Shown piece after piece: positions 12,470 to 26,988 of a DNA stretch of 64,000 nt. The stretch is from Eledone cirrhosa (lineage: Eukaryota), in assembly GCA_964016885.1 (NCBI GenBank), contig OZ024765.1:9920001-9984000 (forward strand), given 5' to 3'. The first letter of the stretch is position 1, and each line of letters opens with the position of its first letter. The notes under the pieces were generated by a model. The model worked only from the letters and a program-made list of their open reading frames with translations, was not told where the DNA came from and did not search any database. The position numbers and the translations under genes are program-made.

Positions 12470-14500
12470 ATAAATGTTCCCACAATATATCGCTACAATT
12501 CAGCCCTTTTACCATGTAAGTTGACCACATCTATTAGAAATATTTCTATGGCTTTGAGAAGTTTATTAAAAAAAAAACAACCAATGCCATGAAATGACCA
12601 AAGGCTGTTGAAATTTTCCACAATATATCGCTACAATTCAGCCCTTTTACCATGTAAGTTGACCACATCTATTAGAAATATTTCTATGGCTTTGAGAAGT
12701 TTACTAAAAAAAACAACCAATGCCATGAAATGACCAAAGGCTGTTGAAATTTTCCACAATATATCGCTACAATTCAGCCCTTTTACCATGTAAGTTGACC
12801 ACATCTATTAGAAATATTTCTATGGCTTTGAGAAGTTTACTAAAAAAAACAACCAATGCCATGAAATGACCAAAGGCTGTTGAAATTTTCCACAATATAT
12901 CGCTACAATTCAGCCCCTTACAATATAAGAACACATCTATTATAGGTATTTCTATGGCTTTGAGAAGTTTAATGAAAGAAACCAAAGCTATGAAAATGCC
13001 ATAAAATGGTCAAAGACTTAGTTGAAAAATTTCCCCACAATACTACTACTACCACTACTACTACTACTACTACTTTGACGCTAAACTCCGCCAGTTGCAG
13101 ACTGCGCATCAACATGAGATATTTTTCTCCACAAAGTTCGATCACCAGCAGAGTTTAAAGAGCATCCTATCATTTGAAGGCTAAGATCTTCGATACTACA
13201 GCCCACCAGTTGTGTTAATTGGACGACAAGGTCACTTCAGAGGCTCTCTACATTCCAGAACTACACCAGGAGACTTACCAGTGAGCTGTTCAACATTACC
13301 AAACTATGAAATGTTTCCCACAATATATCGCTATAATTCAACCCCTTACAATATAAGTTGAACACATCTATTAAAGGTATTTCTATTTCTTTGAGAAGTT
13401 TAATAAAAGAAACCAAAGCTATGAAAACGCCATAAAATGGTTAAACACTTGAAAATTTTCCCACAATATATCCTTAGAATTAAACTTTCATCCAATTAAG
13501 ATTTGAAAGTTAAACTAATCAAACATTCTGTATATCCTTTCCCTGCAAATGAAACGACTTTTCTCGCAAAAATTATGTATACAATCATAAATACACATTA
13601 CTCATAAACTCAAATAATTTCTAATTCGTTACAGGACACTTCCAGAGAATAAATACCTCGATTTAATCCTTAAAATGCAAATTGAATACATCCATTAGAA
13701 GTGTTTCTATGGCTTTGAGAAGTTTAATAAAAGAAACCAACACTATGAAATGTCATAAATGGCCAAAGACTTTGTTGAAAATGTTCCCCCAATATACCGC
13801 TACAATTTAACCCCTTAAGATATAAGTTGAATACATCTACTATAAGTATTTCTATGACTTTGAGAAGTTTATTTAAAAAAACAACCAATGCTATGAAAAT
13901 GCCATAAAATGGCCGAAGACTGTTGAAATACCCCACAATATATCGCTACAATTAAGTTGAACACATCTATTATAGGTACTGCTCTGGCCTTGGAGAAGTT
14001 TAATAAAAGAAACCAAAGCTATGAAATGCCATAAATGGCCAAAGACTTTGTTGGAAATGTTCCAATATATCGCTACAATTTAACCCCTTAAAACTTAAAA
14101 TATAAGTTGAATATATCTACTATAACTATTTCTGTGGCTTTGAGAAGTTTATTTAAAAAATAATCAATGCTATGAAAATGCCATAAAATGGTCGAAGACT
14201 TTGTTGAAATTTCTCACAATATATCGCTATAATATAAATTGAACACATCTATTATTCTATGGCTTTGAAAAGTTTAATAAAAGAAACAAATGCTATGAAA
14301 TGGCCAAAGACTTTGTTGAAAATGTTCCCACAATATATCGCTACAATTTAACTCCTCATTATAAATCGTTCACAGCTATTTCAATTTGTCATATATTTAT
14401 TTGTGGAATCACATACACACACTCAGACACATAAACACACTGTTGTCTTGTTGAAAATGTTCTACAATATATCGCTACAATTTAAACACTTACTATAAAC
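12470..14500. repeat. ~136-138-bp tandem repeat downstream of the zinc-finger gene, decaying rightwards
   Basis: cacaatatatcgctacaatt at 12481, 12619, 12755 and 12891, then diverged copies to about 14480; interrupted at about 13040-13300. Confidence 0.9.
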
Positions 14501-15507
14501 CTTTCACAGCTCCTTCAATTCACTATATATTTATTTGTGGAGTTACACATATATATTATTGTCTATTTGGATATATAATAAAAACGAACTTTAAAGACAT
14601 CTGTGAACTCTTAACCGCCTGTATCACATGAAAACACATTAGCAAGACATTGTTGAAAAATATAAAACAGCATTATGACTGCATAGTATTAAAAAAATAT
14701 AGTCTTTAATTTAGTTTACTACAATTTTTCACGACGATCTGTCCCCTAATAAAGATACTATAAACAACGTTGTTTTTAGATATTTTTTTACTAAATAATT
14801 GCAAGATTTTAAGAGTTAACCATCGCCATGATGAACAATTTTCATTGCCACCAGACGATAGAAAAATGTGAGTGACAGACCGATGGCTATAAAAGGTTAC
14901 CTAAGACGACAAACACGAAAAAAAGTCATGGGGTCTAATGTCTGACGAATGAGTTATAAAGAGTGATCTTTCGTATGTCCAGACTTTAGGGACCTCCTGT
15001 ATTGTCACATTACCCCAATGCATAAATCCACATTTCCGCCAATTTGAACATATTCATTTATGAGGGTCTCGTACCTGTGGTTTTGGTAGTGTACACTTTT
15101 TCCTTGAGCAGACCCCAGAAAAAAAGAAGTAAAGGGTGGAGGGATAAGGTCTGGTGAGTGAATTATTATAAAAAGTTATATTTCCTGAGTTTAGGGAGCT
15201 CCTATATTGTCAAGGATCTACCAACCATAAACAAGATCTTCTCGTACATGAAGGCTATGAAGAGATTCAACAATAGAAATATGATTCTGAGAGAGAGAGG
15301 ACATCTTGAAACTGGTCTTTAAAAATAAGTTCCAAGATTGGAGGTGTAATATATTGTCAAAAATCTACCAAACACAAACAAGATCTTTCATTACATAGAG
15401 AAGGCCACAAAAAGATTCAACAGAAACATTTCAAGTCTGTGAGAGAGGAGGACATTTTAAAACTGTTTTGGGGTTTTTTTAAACTACCAAAATTGGAGGA
15501 TGTAATA

Positions 15508-15700
15508 CCATAAATACTCGAATATAAGCTCAGGAATATGTGGTAAAAAAAATCGATGGTAAAATGGGAGGTTGGCTTATAAATGTCATCTAAACAATGT
15601 GTTGATTAGCTGCCTCGTTTTATAAACAAGGTTTGAATTTTCGCTTATTTCTCAGACATAAAATAGAGAGGGGGGTCGACTTATATTTGAGTATATATAT
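15508..15700. mobile_element. Degenerate pogo/Tc2-like MITE
   Basis: ta-ccataaatactcgaatataag ... cttatatttgagtatatata imperfect TIRs. Confidence 0.55.
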
Positions 15701-16146
15701 ATAGTCAAGGATCTAACAACTTTTTTTTTAATTTTTATTTTAGTCATTAGATTAAATTTGATGAATATATTGTTAATGTAAGTATAACCACTGCCGCTGT
15801 CACGAAACATTACATTATCAAAACAGTTACTGAAATATTAAGAATTAAAGTTTTTACTTCAGTCCACAGCAATGTTTTTACAACAATCTGTCCACCAGTA
15901 AAGATACTATGAACATTTGAATTAACAAACAACATTAGCAAGATATTCTTGAGAAGTACAAAACAGCACTATGACTGCATCACATTGAAAATCAAAGTCT
16001 TTACTGTAATACTGCACATTTTTACAACAATCTGTCCACCAGTAAAGATACTATAAACATTTGAATTAACAAACAACATTAGCAAAATATTCTTGAGGAG
16101 TACAAAACAGCACTATGAATGTCTCACATTAACCCTTTAGCATTTA

Positions 16147-16324
16147 CCGTATTTCCCGGCGTCGAAGACGCTACTTTTTTCCTAATATAAGTCTAAAAAA
16201 TCTACCATGCGTCCTGAAGGCCGAAGGTTGTTTATTTTTATTTTTTTTTTTTTTTCAAATTTTTGCATGTCAAAATTAGGGTACGTCCTCGAGGACGAAG
16301 TGTTTTCGGCGCCGGGAAATACGG
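16147..16324. mobile_element. Tc1/mariner-superfamily (pogo/Tc2-like) MITE
   Basis: Perfect 15-bp TIR ccgtatttcccggcg / cgccgggaaatacgg flanked by TA on both sides. Confidence 0.88.
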
Positions 16325-16469
16325 TACATTACTCTATATATACTATTATATCTTCATGGTAAAGATTTTACCTCACATAATATCAAATCTATGAGATTTT
16401 GATAATATTTATTTTGAGAACAATACCTTAACATCAGTATGAGCAGAAAGAGGTGAGAGAATTCAAGTT

Positions 16470-17722
16470 GGACCACATACAACATATAAGCAGGTAATAC
16501 ACTCATCTAGGACAAAATACAACACACAAGCAAGTAATACATACATCTAGGACCACATACAACACACAAGCAGGTAATACACACATCTAGGACCACATAC
16601 AACACACAAGCAGGTAATACACACATCTAGGACCACATACAACACACAAGCAGGTAATACACACATCTAGGACCACATATAACACACAAGCAGGTAATAC
16701 ACACATCTAGGACCACATACAACACACAAGCAGGTAATACATACATCTAGGACCACATACAACACACAAGCAGGTAATACACACATCTAGGACCACATAC
16801 AACACACAAGCAGGTAATACACACATCTAGGACCACATATAACACACAAGCAGGTAATACACACATCTAGGACCACATATAACACACAAGCAGGTAATAC
16901 ACACATCTAGGACCACATACAACACACAAGCAGGTAATACACACATCTAGGACCACATATAACACACAAGCAGGTAATACACACATCTAGGACCACATAT
17001 AACACACAAGCAGGTAATACACACATCTAGGACCACATATAACACACAAGCAGGTAATACACACATCTAGGACCACATATAACACACAAGCAGGTAATAC
17101 ACACATCTAGGACCACATATAACACACAAGCAGGTAATACACACATCTAGGACCACATACAACACACAAGCAGGTAATACACACATCTAGGACCACATAT
17201 AACACACAAGCAGGTAATACACACATCTAGGACTACATATAACACACAAGCAGGTAATACACATATCTAGGACCACATATAACACACAAGCAGGTAATAC
17301 ACACTTCTAGGACCACATATAACACACAAGCAGGTAATACACACATCTAGGACCACATATAACACACAAGCAGGTAATACACACATCTAGGACCACATAT
17401 AACACACAAGCAGGTAATACACACATCTAGGACCACATATAACACACAAGCAGGTAATACACACATCTAGGACCACATACAACACACAAGCAGGTAATAC
17501 ACACATCTAGGACCACATATAACACACAAGCAGGTAATACACACATCTAGGACCACATATAACACACAAGCAGGTAATACACACATCTAGGACCACATAT
17601 AACACACAAGCAGGTAATACACACATCTAGGACCACATATAACACACAAGCAGGTAATACACACATCTAGGACCACATATAACACACAAGCAGGTAATAC
17701 ACACATCTAGGACCACATACAA
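16470..17722. repeat. 40-bp minisatellite, about 31 copies
   Basis: gaccacatayaacacacaagcaggtaatacacacatctag. Confidence 0.98.
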
Positions 17723-18109
17723 CAAAAGGCAGGCGAAAGGGGTGGACAAACGAACCACTGCCAGAGAAAAAGATAACAATATCGCGAGGAGCACTGGAAA
17801 ACTTCTAATAATTTTTGAGGCAAGGCAACACACTCGGGTGATGGTGAGACTGAGGCGCTGGAACAGTCAAGCACCCTCACGAGGAGCATCACAAGTTACC
17901 TCGGGTGATGGTGATGCTGAGGTGCTGGAACAGCCTTCGCGTGGATCACAAGTTACCTCTGTTAGGCTAGCCGCCAGTGGGTGGAGATAAGAACCTCGCA
18001 GTTAGTGGCCCGACTCCCCCCAAAGGTCTCGAACGCCACAGGCTGGAAAATGTAGTTAGCCCGACAGATCACAGTATTTTAGGAGAGTGTGTGTGTGTGG
18101 GGGTCATGT

Positions 18110-18870
18110 TGTCCTAATATTTCATATCAAAAACCTTGCAAAACAAATACATCGTTATCAAATTTCCTTATATTTGGGAGGGTCATATTTTCTTAGTATT
18201 TCTTATAAAAAACCTTGCAAAACAAATACAACGTTATCAAATTTCCTTATATTTGGGAGGGTCATATTTTCTTAGTATTTCTTATCAAAAACCTTGCAAA
18301 ACAAATACAACGTTATCAAATTTCCTTATATTTGGGAGGGTCATATTTTCTTAGTATTTCTTATAAAAAACCTTGCAAAACAAATACATCGTTATCAAAT
18401 TTCCTTATATTTGGGAGGGTCATATTTTCTTAGTATTTCTTATAAAAAACCTTGCAAAACAAATACATCGTTATCAAATTTCCTTATATTTGGGAGGGTC
18501 ATATTTTCTTAGTATTTCTTATCAAAAACCTTGCAAAACAAATACATCGTTATCAAATTTCCTTATATTTGGGAGGGTCATATTTTCTTAGTATTTCTTA
18601 TCAAAAACCTTGCGAAACAAATACATCGTTATCAAATTTCCTTATATTTGGGAGGGTCATATTTTCTTAGTATTTCTTATCAAAAACCTTGCAAAACAAA
18701 TACAACGTTATCAAATTTCCTTATATTTGGGAGGGTCATATTTTCTTAGTATTTCTTATCAAAAACCTTGCAAAACAAATACAACGTTATCAAATTTCCT
18801 TATATTTGGGAGGGTCATATTTTCCTAGTATTTCTTATCAAAAACCTTGCGAAACAAATACATCGTTACC
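18110..18870. repeat. 79-bp minisatellite, about 9.5 copies
   Basis: ORF-track starts spaced 79 bp apart; unit read directly. Confidence 0.97.
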
Positions 18871-19229
18871 AAGTATGAGTTTTATATTAAAGACCATAAA
18901 TCATTTAGATAGATAACATAGATTTAAGGGTCACAACCACAACCAAGGATGTGGTCCGCACGTGGAAGAGCCGAACTTCCACTCCCTCATCGCGTTCCTC
19001 ATTGCTCTGTATGGTGAGAAAATGGGGTCCCACGTGCTGGCCCACCCACAGCCCCGGCGGACAGAATGGAGAAAGCGTTTCCCCGGAGGATGGTTAAAAT
19101 TATCTTAATTAGGAAATACGTAAACGTTTAATTGATACCTTACCTTAATAACTGTGTCTGGCGGCGGTGAAGTATTGCTGTCGGAAAATTTGGTTCTGTT
19201 GAAAAATTCTGGTATTTTCAAAATGTATA

Positions 19230-19495
19230 GAATAATTGTTTCTACTTTTGGCACAAGGCCAGCAATCACCCCAGTGCATTACTGGTACTTTATTTTATTG
19301 ACATATAATAATTGTTTCTACTTTAGGCACAAGGCCAGCATTTACCCCAGTGCATTACTGGTACTTTGTTTTATCGACCCCGTAAGGATGAAAGGCAAAG
19401 TCAACCTCGGCGGGATTTGAACTCAGATCGTAAAGGGACGTAACTATGCTGGAAAGCATGGCGTCCGACCCTCTACTGATACTGCCAATCCACGC
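19230..19495 (-). mobile_element. Same SINE family, with duplicated 3' tail
   Basis: Reverse complement of 789-975; tail present twice (19230-19295 and 19305-19370). Confidence 0.85.
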
Positions 19496-19534
19496 CCTTT
19501 ATAAGATATTATTGACATATAATAATATCTTAAG

Positions 19535-19996
19535 TATGGTCATTTGGTACCCGGTAAGGGTAATTAGACTCGTACCAAGGTAGAGATGATCCTCTTCTGA
19601 GTATCGAGCATCACTTGGTATTGATACCTCCTAGATGGGCATCAATACGAGAAGGGGTAGTTAAACTTGAGTATACATATACGTACTATATATACACAAG
19701 TAACAGTCTATATACATAAGTAACAGTCTATATACACTATACAGTCTATATGTATACAATCTATGTACACAGACAACAAGTAACAGTATATATATACAAT
19801 ATATATACACAGGTAACAATCTATATAAACTATATACAATCGAACTATACACTATTTTAAGTGTGGTCATTTGGTACCCGATAAGGGTAATTACTCGTAC
19901 TAAGGTAGAGATGATCCTCTTCTGAGTATCGAGTATCACTTGGCATCGATTCCTCCCAGATGGGCATCAATATGAGAAGCGATAGTTTAACTTGAG
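19535..19996. repeat. Two ~135-bp diverged direct repeats separated by low-complexity DNA
   Basis: tggtcatttggtaccc...gatgatcctcttctgagtatcgag...aacttgag at about 19536 and 19864. Confidence 0.8.
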
Positions 19997-20209
19997 CTAG
20001 TGGTTGATCCACTCCTTCTTGAGCCTTGACTCAAAAATGTTGACTGAGGGTGGATCAACTGTTTCTTGTTTGAGGTTGTTCTAGTGGTTGATCGCACGTA
20101 CAGAAAAGAAGTGGTTCCTAGGACTTGGTTAGTGTTGCAACTGGAACTTCCGGTTGTGTCCTTGGGTAATCCTGCTGAGTGCCTTTCTGAATAGAACATT
20201 GCCGCAGAT

Positions 20210-20710
20210 GGGACACATAATAATTACATATAATGAAAATCATTGTGTACAGTGCTCGGGTGCAGTACAACTCATGAAAGGTGCATGTATAGTACATAGA
20301 ATAATGTACAAATGTCAGGATAGTGAACAGTGTAAGAGTCATGATATACACACAGATACATGTGTGCATGTGTATGGAGGGGGAATATCAGCTGTTAGTG
20401 TTGGTGAATTTCGAGAATCATGGAAGTTTTAAAGGATGCAGTGTCCCGGCAGCTAACAACCGATGCAGGTAGTTTGTTCCATGCTTCAGCAACTCTGAGC
20501 GTGAATAAATGTTTCCGAAAGTTATGGGAGCTGTGCTGTTTTCTGATTTTGTAAGCATATCCACAGGTGTTAGACACATGGAGATCAAAAAGGTGCTCAG
20601 GGTTGTTGTTGGCAAGATGGTTAATAATCTTGTGGGTGTTTACCAAGTCAGTTGCCAGACGTCGGAGCTTCAATGTATCCATGTCCAGGGAAGCAACACG
20701 TTCAGAGTCT
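20210..20710 (-). mobile_element. CR1-type LINE 3' fragment (ORF2 C-terminus plus 3' UTR)
   Basis: Translates as LxxRRLxxDL...KI...FRKHLFTLRVAEAWNKLP...SFK, typical of the CR1 ORF2 end. Confidence 0.8.
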
Positions 20711-21133
20711 GCTAAGCTCGTTTATTTTAATTACACAAAACATAATAAACTTTGTACGCATAAAAACTTAGTACGTCTGCTTCTAACGTAATGAGACATA
20801 ACATGTGGCGGTGCTGTTATTTTGATGGGTGAGGCGGTGGTGAGTTAAATCAATGAAGCGTTAAAAGAATTCCGTCCAGTATATATGTTCCGGGTAAATT
20901 TACGTTCCAAGTTCAAGTCCTGTCGAACGTAAAGTCAACTTCGATATTTTACCTTCTTGAATGGATGAAATAAAATAAAGTACCAGTCCATTAAACTGAC
21001 AATTTAATTATATATATGTACATATATATTATATGTACATCTATTCTTGAAATTATATATATGTACATATATTCTTAAAACCTTCGGTAATGAAATAAGT
21101 ATATGTGTGTGTGTATGCATGTATATATAGAAA

Positions 21134-21226
21134 CAGGGTGTCCCCTAAAAATATATACACACTTTGATTACCTGTACAGGCAATATTTATTTGGTGTTGA
21201 AGTGTGTATACATTTCTTGGGACACC

Positions 21227-21229
<3 letters not shown>
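21134..21229. mobile_element. Very short Tc1/mariner MITE
   Basis: cagggtgtccc..aaaaatatatacacacttt / aagtgtgtatacatttcttgggacaccctg-ta. Confidence 0.75.
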
Positions 21230-21262
<33 letters not shown>

Positions 21263-21307
21263 GAAAGGTATAGAAATTGTTATAGCGAGAAGCTAACAGT
21301 ATTCCAT

Positions 21308-21341
<34 letters not shown>

Positions 21342-21626
21342 GAAGTTCTATTTAAATTGTTGGGATACAACAAGCAAATATTTTTATAACTGATATAAAG
21401 CACTCAACAAATAATCGGAGTAAAAATACGATATTAACAAATGGAAACTATATTTATAAAACCATATTTATTTCATTATACATATTTCAAGGACACCAAG
21501 TTAAATTATGGTGTGCTTTCATCAGATAAAATATAATATAGATCAGTTTTATAAATAAATATTGACATACCCTTAAAGAATGCGACCATTACTGTTGGAA
21601 GCTCCCGGATAGTCTGCTCTATATCA

Positions 21627-21691
21627 TATTTTATCTGATGAAAGCACACCATAATTTAACTTGGTGTCCTTGAAATATGTATAATGAAATA
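21627..21691 (+). ncRNA. Minimal type I hammerhead ribozyme motif (mirror copy on - strand at about 21470-21533)
   Basis: tattttat-CTGATGA-aagcacacca...tggtgtcctt-GAAA-tatgta-TA-atgaaata. Confidence 0.75.
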
Positions 21692-21731
21692 AATATGGTT
21701 TTATAAATATAGTTTCCATTTGTTAATATCG

Positions 21732-21833
<102 letters not shown>

Positions 21834-22534
21834 TTAATCCTTGAGTTTTCTAAACTGCTGCCTTGAGTAGCTTTAGTAAAAGCTCCATTGTAGCAAGATT
21901 TGAACCAAGTCAGCAGTTTATGAATACCTTAATCAGTCTCAGAGGGCCTGAAAATGGTCACGGGCACATCTCTCTTCTCCCCTCCCCTCCCACCAATTAG
22001 AGAGCCGCTGCCCTTTCCCTCCCACCACTCTCACAAGCTCTGAGAAGATTCTTGAGCACTGTCCCTCCCCTCCCAGGTGACCATGTTTTTCTGGTATGTT
22101 TTGTTTTAGGGGTTTGCTTTCTATAGATAAATGCCCTTCCTAATGCCTTCTCCTTCTTTGCCCACTTATTCCTGGGTGGGTCATGGGGGCAGGGACCTCA
22201 AACATGCATTCCAGCAGGTCCCGTATTTATATTTATAAGTACTCCATGAACTTCTCCTTGACAATTGTACCATAACCTTTTTACCTGGATATCTATGCTA
22301 CACAACTCCAAGGAACACTTCTTTTTTCCTCCCACTCATTCCTGAGAGGGTGCGAGGGCAAAGTCCTCAAACTCTCCTTCCAGTGGGTCCTGTCAGAATC
22401 AACCGTCTCCAACTGATCTGGCAGGATCCCCAAGTGAGACCAACCTCATGGATGTTATCCAACAATCTTTCTCAGGATCTACCTCATAAAATTTGTCCAG
22501 CGATTCTTTCTTGGGACATTCTAACCCCATGTCC

Positions 22535-23260
22535 ATCTCCAAGCTACAAATATCTCCAGCAATTCTTTCCTATGATCTCTCAAATCAAAGAAATAGGGGC
22601 TCTACCTGGAGTGACTCTCTGATCTCCAAGCTACAAATATCTCCAGCAATTCTTTCCTATCATCTCTCAAATCAAAGAAATAGGGGCTCTACCTGGAGTG
22701 ACTCTCTGATCTCCAAGCTACAAATATCTCCAGCAATTCTTTCCTATCATCTCTCAAATCAAAGAATTAGGGGCTCTACCTGGAGTGACTCTCTGATCTC
22801 CAAGCTACAAATATCTCCAGCAATTCTTTCCTATCATCTCTCAAATCAAAGAAATAGGGGCTCTACCTGGAGTGACTCTCTGATCTCCAAGCTACAAATA
22901 TCTCCAGCAATTCTTTCCTATCATCTCTCAAATCAAAGAATTAGGGGCTCTACCTGGAGTGACTCTCTGATCTCCAAGCTACAAATATCTCCAGCAATTC
23001 TTTCCTATCATCTCTCAAATCAAAGAATTAGGGGCTCTACCTGGAGTGACTCTCTGATCTCCAAGCTACAAATATCTCCAGCAATTCTTTCCTATCATCT
23101 CTCAAATCAAAGAATTAGGGGCTCTACCTGGAGTGACTCTCTGATCTCCAAGCTACAAATATCTCCAGCAATTCTTTCCTATGATCTCTCAAATCAAAGA
23201 AATAGGGGCTCTACTTGGAGTGACTCTCTGATCTCCAAGCTACAAATCTGTCCAGCGATT
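22535..23260. repeat. 87-bp minisatellite, about 8 copies
   Basis: atctccaagctacaaatatctccagc... unit; yields a 29-aa periodic ORF. Confidence 0.97.
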
Positions 23261-23801
23261 ATTACCAAATATCAACCAAGATATAAAAAACTTGTGTAGA
23301 GAAGATTAACATGCATCGGTGACTTCTTGTCTTCCACAAAAACACCTTGACCTGTAAAAACCTGTGGTCAGGATCATATACCTTATTTTACTATCTTCTC
23401 TTCTTCGATATGAGATAAACATAACATGTACATAAATTGTAGCATATATACAAATAGATGTGTGTTTTGGTGGTTTATTAAGAAAAATATATTTCTTGGG
23501 GAAGCTATGGCTACATTCTTCATTCCCTCTTCCAGTTCTACTGCCCCTGCAATACCAGTTACAAACCAAACACTTTAACCACACAGCCATGTTTGTATAT
23601 ATGACAAATATTTTTACAAAAAAAGAAGAAGCAAGTCATTTTGTTTCTGGTTTTTTTACTTTTTTTTTTGGCAAATAATTGAAATTTTAATATCAAAATA
23701 TTTCAAAATTTCAAAATGATAACAAGATAGAAAAATAGACAAGACATGGGACCCATGTTACACACACACATATATATATACATATATATATATACACAGA
23801 C

Positions 23802-23832
<31 letters not shown>

Positions 23833-23865
23833 CACATATATATATACACATATATATATATACAC

Positions 23866-23900
<35 letters not shown>

Positions 23901-24375
23901 CACATATATATATATACATATATATGCATACATACACACACATATATATATACATTCACACACATATATATATATATACACACATATATATACACACACA
24001 CACACATATATATATACACATACATATAAATACACGTAGATACATACACACAAACATATATATATATATATACACACCCACGCACCTATATATATATATA
24101 CACACACCTATATACATATATACATACATACATATATATATACATATATACATACACACACACCCTTAAATATACACACACAGACATGCACACACGTATA
24201 TACGTATATATTTATACATATACGCATCATCATTTAATGCCCACATTCCATGGTATGTATGTGTATATATATATATACATACATACATGGTATGTATGTA
24301 TATATATATACACATACATATATACATACATCATTATCATCATCCTCATTTAATGTAGACTTTCCCAGCTAGCAA

Positions 24376-24412
<37 letters not shown>

Positions 24413-24576
24413 ACAATGACACTGGATCAAGACCTTTGGCGCCATGCAGTTGACCCGACTGCCATTGCCAACAAACCTACAGTTATTTGGCACCCCTTAA
24501 CCCAATGTACACCCCACCCCCACACACCCCACCCCATCCTCCCTCTCCTGATCCGTCCACTTTGTTGATGACACAA

Positions 24577-25081
24577 CAGTCCACACTGTAAAATGGCCGT
24601 GTAGGAGACACATTAAAAAGGCTCCCAGTCCACACTGTAAGGTGGCCGTGTAGGAGACACAGTAAAAAGGCTCCCAGTCCACACTGTAAGGTGGCCGTGT
24701 AGGAGACACAGTAAAAAGGCTCCCAGTCCACACTGTAAGGTGGCCATGTAGGAGACACAGTAAAAAGGCTCCCAGTCCACACTGTAAAATGGCCGTGTAG
24801 GAGACACATTAAAAAGGCTCCCAGTCCACACTGTAAGGTGGTCGTGTAGGAGACACAGTAAAAAGGCTCCCAGTCCACACTGTAAGGTGGCCGTGTAGGA
24901 GACACAGTAAAAAGGCTCCCAGTCCACACTGTAAGGTGGCCGTGCAGGAGACACAGTAAAAAGGCTCCCAGTCCACACTGTAAGGTGGCCGTGTAGGAGA
25001 CACAGTAAAAAGGCTCCCAGGCCACACTGTAAGGTGGCCGTGTAGGAGACACAGTAAAAAGGCTCCCAGTCCACACTGTAA
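24577..25081. repeat. 49-bp minisatellite derived from a SINE internal segment
   Basis: cagtccacactgtaaggtggccgtgtaggagacacagtaaaaaggctcc, about 10 copies, running into the SINE tail. Confidence 0.95.
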
Positions 25082-25432
25082 ATGTGGTTGGTGTTGGGAA
25101 GGGCATCCAGCTGTAAAAAACCTGCCAGAGACGCTTCCATGCGAGCGAGACATGGTCTCCTGACCATTCTCGCATCGTATATATATATAATGCATATATA
25201 TATATATACATATATATATATATGTATAATGCATATATATACCACACCTCCTTCGTTATATATATATATATATATATAACATATAGTAAGAAACACAGTA
25301 AACCGTGTGTCTAAAATTACAAGGGTTGAAAAACACGGTTTACTGTGTTTCTTACTATATGTTATTAATCAGCTCAGTATTTATACTTGGAGCTTAATAG
25401 TTGCAGGGTTCCAATTGAGTGTTAACTCTAAT

Positions 25433-25469
<37 letters not shown>

Positions 25470-25475
<6 letters not shown>

Positions 25476-25768
25476 TAAATGGTAATTTCTGTCTGTTTGT
25501 GAACCTAAAACTCAAAAACTACCAAACCGATCTTGATGAAACTTGACACGTGTGTGGGGCTCATGCCCATTTGATTTCTTACGTATATTTCATTTTAATC
25601 AATGGGTTCCCCGGGGGTTCAAACCCCCGCTGAAACCCCCGCTTAATTTTTTCCCTTCGATTTATATGAAATTTAAACCATAGGTAAATGACAAGATATG
25701 ATACCTATTCACAAACTTTCAGCAAATTTCAATAATATTAAGACACCCTAATGGGGATACCTCAGCCA

Positions 25769-25769
<1 letters not shown>
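25470..25769 (+). mobile_element. Probable non-autonomous Helitron
   Basis: ctgtctgtttgt start and aaactaccaaaccgatcttgatgaaacttgacac core, as in many animal Helitron/DINE-like derivatives; ends gggatacctcagCCAG-t (CTAG-like). Confidence 0.55.
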
Positions 25770-25794
<25 letters not shown>

Positions 25795-25799
<5 letters not shown>

Positions 25800-26488
25800 A
25801 ACTATAATAAAGGAAGGTCTGCGGGACTGCGTAAATTTTTTTTTTTTATCCCGTTAGTAAAATAAGTTGGATTACTTCGAATAAATAATTGTTTCTACTT
25901 TTGGCACAAGGCCAGCAATTATCCCAGTGAATTACTGGTACTTTATTTTATCGACCCCGTAAGGATGAAAGGCAAAGTTAACCTCGGCGGGATTTGAACT
26001 CAGACCGTAAAGTGGTGTAACTTTGAATAAATAATGAATGAATATTACATAATTTATCTACTAAATTTCATAAAGAAAAAAATAATTTCGTAAAAATAAA
26101 TAATTTAAAATTGACTTCTTTTCAAAGTTGCACTTCCGCTATATCGTCGCCACCACCACTTCAACTACCATATATATAGAGAGAAAGAGAGAGTGAGTGA
26201 TGTCAACACTTCCGGTGGTGATCACTTAAATAAACATACTAATTTTCTGTCAATAATTTTCTCCTAATGCAGTTTATATATAATATCGTCTTTTTTTAAT
26301 GTATCATGGATTACGTTACTGATTACATAAGACAGTGTAACACAGTCTTCGTTCAATTTCTGTGTATATTGTCAATTACGATTTTATTTGATGTAGCATA
26401 TCTACATGCATATATACCTGCGTATAATATCAATATACATACTACACATGCTAGCAGAAAACCACCCGAAAGGTGGTTTTTCTGTTAG
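25795..26488 (+). mobile_element. Possible second non-autonomous Helitron with a nested SINE
   Basis: actataataaaggaa start; 3' hairpin aaaaccacc-cgaaa-ggtggtttt followed by tctgTTAG-t. Confidence 0.45.
25885..26022 (-). mobile_element. Same SINE family, 5'-truncated
   Basis: Reverse complement of the B-box-to-tail part. Confidence 0.8.
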
Positions 26489-26738
26489 TACGTATAATGC
26501 ATATATATATAATGCATATATATATATATACATATATATATGTATAATGCATATATATATATATATATACATATATATATGTATAATGCATATATATATA
26601 TATATATATAGATATATATATGTATAATGCATATATATATATATATACATATATATATGTATAATGCATATATATATATATATACATATATATATGTATA
26701 ATGCATATATATATATATATACATATATATATGTATAA

Positions 26739-26781
<43 letters not shown>

Positions 26782-26913
26782 AAGCTTTGACACTCTCATA
26801 TAGACATATAGACACATACATACACACATACAGGATAGTAACAAACACCAAAGATTGCTTCATCCTAAATCAAGCACACAATCATACAGCTGTACAAAAA
26901 GATAGGTGGGAAA

Positions 26914-26951
<38 letters not shown>

Positions 26952-26988
26952 CATTATCATGATGGGACAGGTGCCACAGGATTATGCT

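Noticed and set aside
16470-18870. CRISPR-like regular arrays (also 32-50 kb and 63.4-64 kb)
   Set aside because: Head-to-tail units with no unique spacers, no cas genes, and a eukaryotic context
19535-19996. LTR pair or hammerhead dimer
   Set aside because: No TG..CA ends, TSD or PBS; the - strand has CAGAAGA plus a stem but no following GAAA
22493-23299. 268-aa ORF with 29-aa repeats
   Set aside because: Consequence of an 87-bp unit lacking a stop in one frame; no non-repeat coding flanks
24483-25296. Overlapping ORFs in three frames
   Set aside because: 49-bp SINE-derived minisatellite
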